From Laetmonice hystrix (lineage: Eukaryota): a stretch of DNA of 64,000 nt. Both the position numbers and the translations under genes were made by a program. The DNA lies in contig OZ249436.1 of assembly GCA_965235115.1 (NCBI GenBank), positions 12,464,001 to 12,528,000 on the forward strand, written 5' to 3'. Under the pieces are notes generated by a model. It was not told the origin of the DNA and did not search any database. It saw only the letters and a program-made list of their open reading frames with translations. Shown here one piece after another: positions 50,031-63,800 of this stretch; position 1 is the stretch's first letter, and every line of letters starts with the position of its first letter.

Positions 50031-53000
50031 CAATAGTGCTGCCATTTAGGTATCTTTATTTGGCAACACAGGATCTGTGACCGTGGAACTGACCAATGTG
50101 GACCCAGTCCTTTCCTTATTACCATGGCAACGGATCTCTAATGATGCTTTCCCGAGATCATCCCGCAAGCCAAGCTTGTGTCTGCTCCACCGCCGGGCGC
50201 AGGGCTGTGCGGACCCTGGGCAAAATGCTGGAACAACCATAATACCTGATGTGATATTGTTGACAAGAATTGCTCTAAGTTACCTCCACTTGTGCCCGCT
50301 AGTTCTGGACAGCCACAGCGCCTACTCTAATGCTAGCAGACAAAGTATTTTACATGATGTAATTGCAAACATTACTGCCATGCCCTAGCGTACCCTTTCT
50401 GCACCATTTCTTTTCGTTTTTTTAATCTTTAAATGCAGTAGGTGGCACTTGGGTTAACCTGATCACGAAGGCTAGGTAGATATGCTGGTTTTGCCAGTAT
50501 CCAGCCTAAAATACAATAGGGTGTACTAATAATTGTCTTCAGAACAGGGCACTTAATAATTTAATTTTAAGGGTTTTACTCCAAACAAGCTTTTGGTGCA
50601 AGTAGCATGTAGCAAAGCTACATTCTGTCGATAGAGGTAAGATGCATAGGTAGCCGTCAGCAACTTAACATATGAACAAGGGCAAGAGTGAGAGAAACGG
50701 GTTTTAAGTCTGACTCGGGTGGTTCAAAACCTTGAATACTCTACAGTTGCCCCAGGAAGACAACAGGTTAGCCGACATGATAATTGCTCACTCACAGCTG
50801 AATGTTCAGCCTGCATTTGGATTCACTCAGAGCTCCGAAAAACTTGCCCAATAGTTGTTTATTATAAGACCTAAACACAACTCTGTTCCCAACATTCAGC
50901 TGTGTTATGCATGTTCTTATCAACAGTTCCAAGGTCCTGGTGGCATCATTCTAATGTCCAAGAGTAAAGGCTTCAGGAAACTGCTAAATGTGACTAACCT
51001 GTGATGAGTTTTGGTGGTCACGAGTTAGGTGTATGCATGGAAAGTTATGTAATCAACTATTATGAAAGAACTGCTGAGCTGGTTTCTCTATTACCTTTCC
51101 TACATGTTCTGGTATCGTATTTATGTTTGGTAAATTTTCAGTAAGAAGTCTTTTTTTTCAAATTTAAGGTCGTGATTCCATTTCAATCCCAAACATTTTA
51201 TTTTAGAAATTAAATATTTATGGCTTCTTGTTAGCCTTGGCCCTCGTTCGTAAGATTTTAAGTCCCCAGATTTCAAAGGAGACCTTCATATATATTTTGT
51301 TTGTTGGAATGAGGCAGACTTTTAGTTTAGTGTTTCAATACCCTTGCCTTTCTGAAAGTGCCATAAAGAGTGCATGCACTTCTGAAGTTTTGCATGAGTC
51401 CTATTTGTGTTTATGGTGCTGTCTTGCCTAAGTGATTTTGTCAAAATTTCAACATACAAACCTGCATATTAGATATGTAACTGTTTCCTTTCCAGGATTT
51501 GGTTTGCCTGAAAGAAGCAAACACAGGGGAGAAGTACTACATTACCCCATTTCCCACTATGGTCCCACTCTAAAAGGGAAAGAATAAGGGAGAAAAAAGC
51601 ACTACAAGGTATGTTTCAGATGCCCAGGAGTTCCAAGTCTCTTGACGTTGAAAAAAAGGCATGGCATCGGAGTGATTCAAGTATCTTTTTACTCGTTCCC
51701 ATGGGTTCTCCTATTTTAGCCTATTTCAGTTTAAGTAATATAATGCTACTGCAATAAGAAAAGTAAAAATATAAAAAATAAAAAATCCAAAAAATAAGCT
51801 TTTAATGGTTTTGGTATATTTTTTTTCAATCATCATGATCTTTGCCTTTCATGTCAGAAGGGACACCTGTTTCTGACTCGAGTTAGACCAGTCCCAGCCC
51901 TTGACTGGGCATGGTATAACCTAGAGTTTGCAAAAATGGTATTTCTATTTAGATTGGAAAAAATAACTGAAGTTGAAAAGTTGACAAAACCAAGACGTTA
52001 ACGGTATGTGAAAGCAGATCAATCAAGTCAGTCTGCCATAACAAGGCTAACTTTGTGGTATTTAGTAAAATTGTTAAAGCTACGTTTAGAACGGCCTCTT
52101 CGGCAGAATGACAAATGTAGTAATAATTATTTATTCCTTTGATCAGTTTGAATTTTTGTTTTGCAATTTGGCGAAAGTGGTACGTGTAACTTGTGTAGAT
52201 CATGATCTCCTTGGTCTCAAGATTTGGATCACAAAAAAAAAAAGAAAAGGAAAAAAAAGAATTCTCCAAACTACTGTGAACCAAAACAAGTGAGTATGAC
52301 ACGTGCTTGAAAGGAGAGCACCTGTTTAAGATGTAACAGACTGTGATAGCAGGCCGCAAGCTGATGGACCTGACATTAGCACTATTTTGTTGTAAGGATT
52401 CTACCAATCGGGATCATTCCGTTTGCAAAGGCAGTGTTGTATGGCAACACGGACAAACAGTCCTGATGTCCTGATCGTCAGGCAATCTGCTGTCAGTCTT
52501 CAGCCAAAGTACCAGCAAATACAGGTGTAAGGCGAGAATGTATATATATGAAAGAAACTTGTACAGAAACTGAATTCCTGATTTAGATGTTAAGGGGGAA
52601 TTTGTCAAACAGAACTTGTGTCAGATACGGATTCAAGTTGGGAGTTGAGATTTAATCAGGTCAGTTGATGAGCACGAGACCTTTTGATGAACAGCTGTGA
52701 GTCAAAGAAGAACTTTGAAGTAAACTTTTATTTCTTGTTCACGGTTAAGGTATCTAAGTGTTTCTGTGTCCCAACATTTGACTTGGTGAACAGATCAATC
52801 ATTTTTATTAGGAAAAGTTAGAATAATGCAGTGGTCAGTCCTTCGTCGGTTGCTCAATCTAAGATAAAAATGGTCAATATCATTGTGGAAGGAAGCGAAC
52901 AGTCCGGCACAACACAAGGCAAGCAATCTTATCATGGGTGTCTGAAATCCTCTTCACTCTGGTGCTTAATTTCTTTCAGAGAGGGTGACCTAGCCATTCA

Positions 53001-56000
53001 TAAAGTGTTATTGTCAAACTGCGACAATGTTAAGGCACTGTTCTGTTGAACGAAATGTACTTTAGTAACTGCTGTTTTTAAAACATGAATTTCGATGTAA
53101 TTTTTAATGGACACGAAACAAGGGTATCTTCTACACCATTTTGTCAAAGTAAAACCGAAGTATTATTGAACGTGCTTTGCATAGCGTTATGCTCCGGAAG
53201 GTTTCTGGGTGGCAACCTAAAGAGTGGGGTCACAAATTAGAGTCACATGATGTATGATTAACAGGTTTAAAGAATTGACCCAGAAAAAAACGAGAAAGGT
53301 CCCAATGTTTCCAGGAGCATGCTAATTGGTTAGGATATGTAGCATTCTTCTATGATAGGTGGATGAAGAGTTGGAGATAGCTGTAGAATGTGGCATGATT
53401 ACATGATGGTTAATATGGTGCCCTCATGGAAACGTGCTTTAATGCACCTGTCAAATGCTTCGTTAGAGGGTAGGTAAGCAAACAAGAAGCCGTTGCGTGA
53501 CGGTGCAATATCTCTTGAAGCACGAGCATCTACATCTATGAAGTGGTCTTAAGTTGTCTTTGTTTTGAAGACTTTACCCCTTGGATCTCCAGCTGATTCT
53601 TTACAATGAAAGCACAAAGGTCCCTCAGATTACGTACGTAAGAAAGAGCAGCAGTATCTTGGTCAATTGAACGGTGACTCGTGTATGATTAGTATCCAAA
53701 ACACTTGCATTATGACTGATATATCAAGGTGAACCATACACAACCTGTGACAACAAAACCAAACCACTCCTTTGGACCAGGCACCTCTGAAACAGTGAAT
53801 TGAGAGTGTTTGTATATATCTATATATAAAAGATTTATTTATTACCGAGATCACAAATTCTTTAGGTCTTCGGATTGTGTTTGTGTCTGGAAATGTGTAC
53901 AGTCACGGATGTTTTGTACACAAGAAACCTCTAGCAGTCAACTAAGACTATTTTATCGCTGTGAAGGGAGAGAAAAATTCAAATTGTTTGTTCATGAACC
54001 TGTGCAATTGTAGTTGTATGGTGACTGTGACGCGCACATTTCAGCAAACAATGAAAGCTTCAATTGATGGAAATGTTAGCTGGACGATTGGAGGGGGCTG
54101 TTTTCCATTACCTATCAAAAATATTAGCTCTGCCCCCCCCCTTCCAGATTAAGCAGTTTCAGTTTTCAAAACTGGTCAGGTTCTGATTTGAATGAAACAA
54201 AACTGATATTTCAGTAGTATGGTGCAGTTATTTATTTATTTGTCGGTATTTCTTGTGGGGTACAGCCCCAACACCAATACCATTGTACATTTTCCTTGAT
54301 AGACTAATTAATTGACGTTTTCATTGTTTGGTGTACCCGCTGAGGTTACTGAAATGTTGCTGCATTCTGGCAGGTATGACGTAGAGTAATATGATGATTG
54401 ATCTTTGGGTTTGATGTTGAGAAGTAAGTATGTGCGAGTCGTGTTACCTGACAGTGGGATGTGCCTGCTTGCCGAAAAAATGTCATTCCTCTCCAAAAGT
54501 GAGACTTCCTTTAATGGTCAATTCATGCCTTGTCGTTGTGCAGGCTTCTGCATGGAACTTCCCAACAAAAGCTGATTGGCACTAAAACTTTACAAAATGT
54601 GGTGTTTTGCCTTGGATCCATGTGTTTTCGAAAAGAAGTTGTATCTTCATGGATTTTAAGCTTCCAGGCTCGTTATGTCCCACCTGGCTAAGCGTAAGCG
54701 AGTGCTACATGTTGGCAATACAGGGCACTGGCCCGTGATTGTGATGTGATCTTTGTTTTAACTGGGTGCCCATTCAGTAGTGTATCTATGCTGTACTGCT
54801 CAACAAAATGCCCTCAACTCCTCAACATATTGGGTAGTACACTTGTTTAGAATACAGCAATTAGGAGGACTAGGGGGCTTTAGGCTAAAAGTGACAGATT
54901 GTCCAACCAGCAGGGGATTGACCGCCGCCTCGTTCTCAGCTTCTTCATTCTCGGTCCATTGCGTTTGAGATGGCCCCGTGCTGTTGGTGTAATCAAGATA
55001 GACTGGATCAAAAGTTGTATTAATGGACTAATTCAATTTAATTTAACGATATCTTCATCTGAAATCTATGCACAGCGTGTAAGCACAAGGGCATATTTTA
55101 ATGACCAATGTGTTGCAGCGTTTAGGGCATTCCTCATGGAAGCCAAATTACCAAACATTTTTCCCCAGTCATTTCCCCACCCCCCTAAAGTATAATGAAC
55201 CAATCTTCCACCACCACATACTGCTCACAATATGAGTTATAGTGTCTAGAACTGGGGTGCGTGGGGCTGCAAGGTCTGAGCAGCTGAATTAATAGAAAGT
55301 AAGGTCATAAACAAATGCCTTATAGAGCCATATCCGCAAGTCAACAGTGACTAGTGTAGGAGGTAAGGGGGGGGGGGGGAGATTCTGAACATCAACTGCC
55401 CGTGACGGCAGTTTGAGTTATCCAGTAAATGAGCACCAAACAGGTAGGTTAAGGGAGGGGGTAGGGGCATAAAATCGCAGTCTGCTGACTGAGATAATCT
55501 GATTATATATGTTCTTTGAGGGACAGGACTGAAGCCCGATGCCAAAATGAGATATGGAAGGTGGCGCCACCGCTCCAAGGGCGGAGCATATCTACAATGG
55601 AAACGACTCTTGCAAACATCCATGGCCGCGACTACGCCCTTGCGCAGAGCAGGGTGTATAGTGTTAGGAATAAATACTTTGGAGCAATATACATAATGGC
55701 ACCAGGCCTTGACGAGTGAGGGTGTCAGGAACGTCTTATGAGTGGCTCACAAACTAACTACGTTCATCTGTTTACACTACAGAGTAGCTTTGCTACAACT
55801 ACAGGACAGAAAAAGCATTGATTATGTCCTATACAAAGTTCATTTTCTGTTGAATATTTCTAATTCATACTTTTAACGTTGAGGTAGCCCTCTCCTGCAT
55901 TTAAAAAAATATAGTCAAGTGGGGCGTGGAGTCTATCTTCCTTGGGTGAAACTCTATGTGATGCACAAAACTGATACACATAACTACCCAGCCATATTAT

Positions 56001-58303
56001 AAAGGACATCATATTCAGTGAAATAGGTAAAAAACGGTTGAAAACAATTTTTGTATTTTTAATTTAGTACTTGAAAATAGCCCAACACGGGGTTCACCAT
56101 AAGCCAAGGTGCCAAACAATACAGCATATAAGCTGGCATCCTGGCGAACATCTTAATAATGTACCGCACCTAATTGTTACTGATAATGCATTTATAGCGA
56201 ATTAACTACCACAGTGTAGCTAACGAGACGAACAGAGTAGTTTGTTTATAAGCATATTCGGTATGTGTCGACCGACCATGCGAGTAGTATATAGGCTGAC
56301 GTTTCTTAGTTGTTAACGTGAATATGTTGGACCAGCCAGTGGAGTGCAGCGACTCTGCAGTCGTCGGTACACATGTGAATGCTGATGCAGTCGAGTATAT
56401 TATGACAGTTAAAACCAAAACCAGCAGTTGTGAACGCCATGGTATAAACCATACCGATCAATATTCAAAGACTTATACCTCTCAAGTGCTAGGCAGGCTA
56501 GGCCCGGTCGTCCAGGTCGGGTAATGTGGGTAGCTGCAACCCTTTCAATGTTAAACGTACTGTTCTTGAATTGTGGACATATTTGTGACGTTTTGATGAG
56601 TCGCGATACTTTGTACCACGGAGTCTTCCAAAGCTTCCTGATTTCCAGTTTTACACGTTATAATGGTGATCTCCACAGGATTGGTGTTGGAAATCAAACA
56701 CAACTATAGCATTGAGGCATGTCGCACGTGACGTTTTCCGCAGAACATGTTTCAAATGTTTCACGATGTAGGTTATCTGTCTCCAGCTAACTTGCCCGAC
56801 ATGGTGTTATTTTCAGCCCTGATGCTGGCGAAAGAATGCTCCGTATTGGTCGGCATATATTGAATCTGTGAAGAATGCCACGCCAACAAGCGGTTCACTG
56901 TGCCATGCCTGCCTTCATGGGAGACCCTTGGCTGTGTGGCTGGTTGATCAAGGGCTGATGATCTAGTCTGGATCCATGATCCGTGGTCACATTAGCACGC
57001 AGACAAGTTTGACTTGGCAAGACAAGATATATTTAACTAATATGGAAATTGGAGGTCATTGAGCACGTGACTGCTGAGGCAATTCACAAACTTTTGAGTG
57101 TGAATACAGTGTCTGTTTATTGCTCCAACAGTAATTTCCGACTGTTGTAAAACAGCAGCCCAACTTGTTCCCAGTGCACAATGTGACATGCCTGTATCAC
57201 TGAGTGCAAAGTGTACGGGTTGCTATCTGTTGAGGCAACAAAGATTATTAAGAAAAAAAAAGCAAAGAAAAAGATTTCAAAAAAAATAAAAGCATTGAAA
57301 ATGATAATACGGTGTTGTGTTCGTTTCCACATACTATGACCCCAACCGTTCACAAAAGACTACGGAGATAAAGCGCATATTTCACACTGTTCAATACCGT
57401 ATAAAGTTTTGGGAGAGCGTGTCAATATCACGGTTCCAACCCACTCTGAATACCAGGGGAAAACACTTGAAATTGAGGTTCCATTTTTCCAGTCGGGGTA
57501 AACTCGGGGAATTGGTGAGAAACATGAAAAATTGAAAACTCGGGGGGCGGGGGGGGGGGGGGGGATTTGACAGTGACCTAGAAGGGAAATGTTTCTAACA
57601 GTTATCTATTGACTAATTTTTATAATGGCTTTGTATAGTGTTCATACAGTGAAGAATGCAGCTCTCAATCCAGACCATTATAGTCGGCTTTAGTTATATA
57701 TAATATAAAATATTTCTCGTGCCGTGTCATGAGAGTTTTAGAAATTTCTCAGGCAAAACTCAGGGAATTTGATTTTCACAAAACGCTGAGAAACCTGAAT
57801 ATGCTCACCAATAGGACAGATCTAGATAGGCCTAGCCTTTAGCGTCCGTTTCGAATTCCATTGTTCAGGGGAGTCGCCGGGATTTTTTTTAATGGGGGGG
57901 GGGGGGTGAGATCCGGCAGGCAAGTTTACACCGCGCACTTATGCGCTTATCACCAGAAAATCGCTAATCTTATAGCTTTGTTATAGGCCTATATTGGGCA
58001 AAAAAATTAGGCCACAGCATTCAAAGCCAAATATCCCTGCTCGTTATCAAGTGCCACTGCTCATTTTCACACGAGCATTATCGTACCGGGGGACTCCCAT
58101 TCTGTCCAAACAAGGACCGTGTTCCACTTCACTGAGCATAGCCAGACGAATGGTGTGACTTTGGCATTATCATCGATTATGTAGGCTAACAGAGAAAGCA
58201 GAGCGACCACTTCATTTCAGTGCCACTCTTTGGGCCTCCAGAAATCAGAAATCTTTGGGTCTCAGATCAAAATCAAGTCTGTATTTGGACACTCATTCGC
58301 TAT

Positions 58304-60686
58304 TAGTCCATTTGAAATTTCCGGAACCTAGAAATGTTCTTTCCTATGAATTTTTTTTGTTGATTTATACTCTAATGGGGTCCTAGAACAAATTCAACTT
58401 GGTTGCCCAAAGGGCAACTTTGGGCAAATCTCGTAATCTGCATTAATCCAAGATGGCCGTCCAACGCCACCTTGAAAATTTAACTTTTGAACCACTTGCC
58501 TTAGAATGATGTATAATACATCATTTTAGGGGTTTTTGGGTATGTAGAATCCATTTCTGATGTTATTTTTTCAATTGAAGGTCAAGGTCAGGTCAAATTC
58601 AAGATGGCCGCCCAACGCTACCTTGAAAATTTAACTTTTGAACCACTTGCTTTAGAATGATGTATAATACGTCATTTTAGGGGTTTTTGGGTATGTATAA
58701 TCCATTTCTGATATTTTTTCAATTGAAGGTCACGGTCAGGTCAAATTCAAGATGGCCGCCCAGCGCTACCTTGAAAATTTAACTTTTGAACCACTTGCCT
58801 TAGAATGATGTATAATACGTCATTTTACGGGTTCTTGGGTATGTAGTATCCATTTCTGATGTTATGTTTTCAATTGAAGGTCAAGGTCAGGTCAAATTCA
58901 AGATGGCCGCCCAAAGCCACCTTGAAAATTTAACTTTTGAATCACTTGCCTTAGAATGATGTATAATACGTTTTTTATTAGGACCCTACGCCAACTGCCT
59001 GTTTTTTCTTTTGAAATGCACGGGCATCAGGCGTAACCCAATTACTTTGACAATGTCCCTAAAGAGAAAAGTTGTATAGTCCTCTACAGGAATCAAACCC
59101 CGGCCCCAAGATTACTGCACCCATTCGCATAGCATAAGGTATCGAGATTAGGAACCTATATATCCCACCTGACTTTAGTGGTTAGGGCCCTATATACCCC
59201 ACCTGACTGTATTTTTCTTTTGAAATGCACGGGCATCAGGGGTAACCCAATTACTTTGACAATGTCCCTAAAGAGAAAAGTTGTATAGTCCTCTACAGGA
59301 ATCGAACCCCGGCCCCAAGATTACTGCACCCATTCGCATAGCATAAGGTGTCGATTGCGCCGCTATATACCCCACCTGACTGTATTTTTCTTTTGAAATG
59401 CACGGGCATCAGGCGTAACCCAATTACTTTGACAATGTCCCTAAAGAGAAAAGTTGTATAGTCCTCTGCAGGAATCGAACCCCTGCCCCAAGATTACAGC
59501 ACCCATTCGCATAGCATAAGGTATCGGTGATTACGACCCCACCTGACTGTAGTGATGACGTCCCTATGGCCACCTGACTGTTGTGATTAGGCAGCTATAT
59601 ACCCCACCTGACTGTATTTTTCCTTTTGAAATGCACGGGCATCAGGCGTAACCCAATTACTTTGACAATGTCCCTAAAGAGAAAAGTCGTATAGTCCTCT
59701 ACAGGAATCGAACCCCGGCCCCAAGATTACCGCACCCATTCGCATAGCATAAGGTATCGACGCCCATGCCCACTCAACTGTATTTTTCTTTTGAAATGCA
59801 CGAGCATCAGGGGTAACCCAATTACTTTGACAATGTCCCTAAAGAGAAAAGTTGTATAGTCCTCTCCACTCCCCCGTGATTAGGAACCTATATACCCCAC
59901 ATGACTGTAGTGATTAGGGCCCTATATACCCCACCAAACAGTACAGTGAGGCCAAACAGTGCACGGAGGCCAAACAGTACAGTGAGAAGTCATGGTACTG
60001 GCTGGCCTGTTTCCTGTGGGTTTACAAGGGACCCTCCTGTTTGTTACCAGCCGTTTATTGCCATTCTAAGACCATAACCTGACCTTGACCTTCAATTGAA
60101 AAAATAACATCAGAATTGGATTGATTCTACACACCCAAAAACCCTTAAAAAGACGTATTATACATCATTCTAATGCAAGTGGTTCAAAAGTTAAATTTTC
60201 AAGGTGGTGTTGGGCGGCCACCTTGAATTTGAAATGACCTTGACCTTCAATTGAAAAAATAACACCAGAAATGGATTCTACATACCCAAAAAACCCTAAA
60301 ATGACGTATTATACATCATTCTAAAGCAAGTGGTTCAAAAGTTAAATTTTCAAGGTAGCGTTGAGCGGCCATCTTGAATTTGACCTGACCTTGACCTTCA
60401 ATTGAAAAAATAACATCAGAAATGGATTCTACATACCCCAAAACCCCTAAAATGATGCATTATACATCATTCTAAGGCAAGTGGTTTAAAAGTTAAATTT
60501 TCAAGGTGGCGTTGGGCGGCCATCTTGGATTTATGCAGATTACGAGATTTGCCCAAAGTTGCCCTTTGGGCAACCAAGTTGAATTTGTTCTAGGACCCCA
60601 TTAGAGTATGAATCAACAAAAAAATTTCATAGGAAAGAACATTTCTAGGTTGGTGTATTGAACACATAGGACTGTCAAATGGACTA
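58304..60686. mobile_element. Non-autonomous foldback DNA transposon with Academ-like ends
   Basis: Termini TAGTCCATTTGA / TCAAATGGACTA flanked by TAT on both sides. Inverted arms of ~650 bp (~58304-58975 and ~60060-60686) include tandem ~149-bp units containing CAAGATGGCCG. Confidence 0.85.
58995..59935 (-). repeat. Tandem array of tRNA-derived (SINE-head-like) ~150-bp cores with variable ~33-bp minisatellite linkers
   Basis: Core motif GAAATGCACG recurs at 59013, 59222, 59395, 59628 and 59793 (last copy truncated). The minus strand of the full cores reads GGGGTTCGATTCCTG (B-box/T-arm; one copy has a substitution). Linkers are built of (GTGATTAGGGCCC)TATATACCCCACCTGACTGTA variants. Confidence 0.8.
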
Positions 60687-60690
60687 TATG

Positions 60691-60780
60691 TCTCTCACAT
60701 CTTGACAGGGGTTGTGGCCAGCTAGGGATACCCCGGCATCAAACATGCAAATACCCCGACCCCTGTCAAGTTGTGAGAGA
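60691..60780. mobile_element. 90-bp MITE-like inverted repeat
   Basis: 22-bp arms TCTCTCACATCTTGACAGGGGT / ACCCCTGTCAAGTTGTGAGAGA with one mismatch. Confidence 0.6.
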
Positions 60781-60894
60781 TAATGTAAGTTTAGGGGTGG
60801 GAGGGGGACAACGCCCCCTTCGGTCCAAGGGGCGGATCCAGGATTTTCGCTTAGGGGGTGGGGGGGGGGGGGGCACCGGGACGAAGTCAGAAAG

Positions 60895-63800
60895 GGGCAA
60901 ACACCACCGTGCTTTACTGAAGCGGCGCCTCCGACTGCACTGCCACCTTCCGGCTACCGATGGAATCACCACGTATACCTGGCCGGGTTGGCAGGCACCT
61001 GTGGCGCTAAGGGGAGAGGCAGGATTATCCAATAATAAGCGAAAAATCGTTTCATTTTTGATACGTCAAATTGAAATTACGCCCCGAAATTATAATTTTT
61101 AGGACAGATGTATAACTGTCAAACGTTTCCATCACGTACGTTCGATACAGATAAATGGTTGTGATAGGCCTATGTATAGATCTACTTCCCATTTGAGTAT
61201 CTTCTCCAAATTTTAACATTAGATGCTCCTCGCCTATACCTTTCATTTCCACTACCTCACTGCACTGCTTCCTTGGGTACTAGGAGAGCCGGTAAGATGT
61301 AGGGACTCCTCATTGTACTGCTTGACCTCCCATACTGCTTGGCCTCACAGTAGGCCTACTGTTTGGCCTCACTGTACTCTTTGGCCTCACTGTTTGCTTG
61401 GGTCCTAGGCCAGCCAGTACGTTGTATGGACTCCTCACTGTACTGTTTGGCCTCCCTGTACTCTTTGGCCTCATTGTAGGCCTACTGTTTGCTTGTATAC
61501 AACAGTAGCCAGTAGTATAGGGATGCCTCATGTTTCATGTTTCCATGCCTTTATTGTCCAGGAGGCAGGCCATACGTTTCGTCTATCATTTTACTCCCAT
61601 CTAATCTGTCTTCCCTACAAACCATCTGTAAGCGTCCGACAACGTTGTCAGGTAGTCCCAATAGCTGTTTGACGTAAAAGTTTAATAAACAATGGCAAAT
61701 GGCGTTGTACGCCTTTTCTATATCCGATATCCCATCCCCAAGTAAAAAAAAATTACAGAGATGTTGCATCCAAACGCCAGCGTGCTGTACTTAAACGGCG
61801 CCTCCAACTGCACTGCCACCTTCCGGAATCCAAGCGAACACTACAGTGAGGCCAAAGAGTACAGTGAGGCCAAACAGTACACTGTGGGGCCAAGCAGTGT
61901 GGGAGGCCAACCAGTAGAGTGAGAAGTCCCTACACCTTACCGGCTGGCCTATATTAGCCATGCAAACACTACAGTGAGGTAGTGGAAATAAAAGGTACAG
62001 GCGAGGAGCATCTAATGTGAAAATCTGGAGAAGATACTGAAATGGGAAGTGTAAGCCCTACACATCACAACCATATATCTGTAGCGAACGTACGAGACCT
62101 ATACGTTTGACAGTTAAACATCTGGCCTAAGAATAATAATTTTGGGCGGGCGTAGTTTAAGTTGACGTATCAAAAATGTAGCCATTTTTCGCTTATTATT
62201 GCTTTAACCTGTCTCTCGCCACAGGTGCCTGCCAGCCCGGCCAGGTGTACGTGGTGATTCCACCGCTGGCCGGAAGGCGGCAGTGCAGTCAGCGCCGCAG
62301 CCGCTTCAGTGGAGCTGCGCTGCACCCTGGTGTTTTCTGCCTGCAACATCTGTGTGTCATCTTTCTTTCTTTCTTTGTTACTTGGGGATGGGATATCTGA
62401 TATAGAAAAGGCGTACAACGTCATTTGCCATTGTTAACTAAACCTTGACGGCAAACAGTCATTGGGACGACCTGACAACGTTGTTGGACGCTTACAGATG
62501 GTCTGTATAGGGGACACAGATTAGATGGGAGTAGATGATAGACGAGACGTATGGCCTGCCTCCTGGACAATAAAGGCATGGAAACATGAAACATGAGGCG
62601 TCCCTATACTACTGGCTACTCTTGTATACAAGCAAACGGTACAGGGAGGCCAAACAGTACAGGGAGGAATCGCTACAAGGTATACTGGCTGACCTACCAC
62701 CCAAGCGAACACTACAGTGAGGCCAAAGAGTACAGTGAGGCCAAATAGTACACTGTGGGGCCAAGCAGTGTGGGAGGCCAACCAGTAGAGTGAGAAGTCC
62801 CTACATCTTACCGGCTGGCCTATAGTAGCCATGCAAACACTACAGTGAGGTAGTGGAAATGAAAGGTACAGGCGAGGAGCATCTAATGTGAAAATCTGGA
62901 GAAGATACTGAAATGGGAAGTGTACACATCACAAGCATATATCTGTAGCGAACGTACAAGACCTATACGTTTGACAGTTATACATCTGGCCTAAGAATAA
63001 TAATTTTGGGCGGGCGTAGTTTAAGTTGACGTATCAAAAATGTAGCCATTTTTCGCTTATCATTGCTTTAACCTGTCTCTCGCCACAGGTGCCTGCCAGC
63101 CCGGCCAGGTGTACGTGGTGATTCCACCGCTGGCCGGAAGGCGGCAGTGCAGTCAGCGCCGCCGCCGCCGCTTCAGTGGAGCTGCGCTGCACCCTGGTGT
63201 TTTCTGCCTGCAACATCTGTGTGTCATCTTTCTTTGTTTGTTTGTTACTTGGGGATGGGATATCTGATATAGAAAAGGCGTACAACGTCATTTGCCATTG
63301 TTAACTAAACCTTGACGGCAAACAGTCATTGGGACGACCTGACAACGTTGTCGGACGCGTACAAATGGTCTGTAGGGGACACATATTATATGAGAGTAGA
63401 TGATATATAGACGAGACGTAGGGCCTGCCTCCTGGACAATAAAGGCATGGAAACATGAAACATGAGGCGTCCCTATACTACTGGCTACTCTTGTATACAA
63501 GCAAACGGTACAGGGAGGCCAAACAGTACAGGGAGGAATCGCTACAAGGTATACTGGCTGACCTAGCACCTAAGCGAACACTACAGTGAGGCCCAAGAGT
63601 ACAGTGAGGCCAAATAGTACACTGTGGGGCCAAGCAGTGTGGGAGGCCAACCAGTAGGGTGAGAAGTCCCTACATCTTACCGGCTGGCCTATAGTAGACA
63701 TGCAAACACTACAGTGAGGTTGTGGAAATGAAAGGTACAAGCCAGGAGCATCTAATGTGAAAATCTGGAGAAGATACTGAAATGGGAAGTGTACACATCA

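Noticed and set aside
50028..50036. Stop-codon readthrough context TAG-CAA at the end of ELL
   Set aside because: A second in-frame TAG follows immediately, so readthrough would add only two residues.
50100..58300. Additional gene downstream of ELL
   Set aside because: Only short ORFs without recognisable motifs or a consistent exon chain; probably 3'UTR and intergenic DNA with MITE fragments (e.g. ~57430-57800).
59280..59355. Intact tRNA gene, or HDV-like ribozyme suggested by GCGAATGGG on the minus strand
   Set aside because: Only a T-arm/B-box half is present with no D-arm or acceptor-stem partner. No upstream P2 complement or P1/P3 elements were found, and the nearby CTGATGC is not the hammerhead core CTGATGA.
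58995..59935. CRISPR-like repeat/spacer appearance
   Set aside because: Repeats are ~150 bp, the spacers are copies of one minisatellite rather than unique sequences, there are no cas genes and the context is eukaryotic.
62125..62160. Sm-site-like ATAATTTTGG in the 870-bp unit (snRNA or spliced-leader RNA array?)
   Set aside because: No recognisable snRNA sequence, leader donor or flanking stem-loops; an AT-rich motif this short is expected by chance. An Rfam scan would settle it.
62170..63569. Repeated 84-103 aa ORFs in the satellite
   Set aside because: They repeat only because the DNA repeats; no recognisable protein motif, mostly non-ATG starts, and indels between copies.
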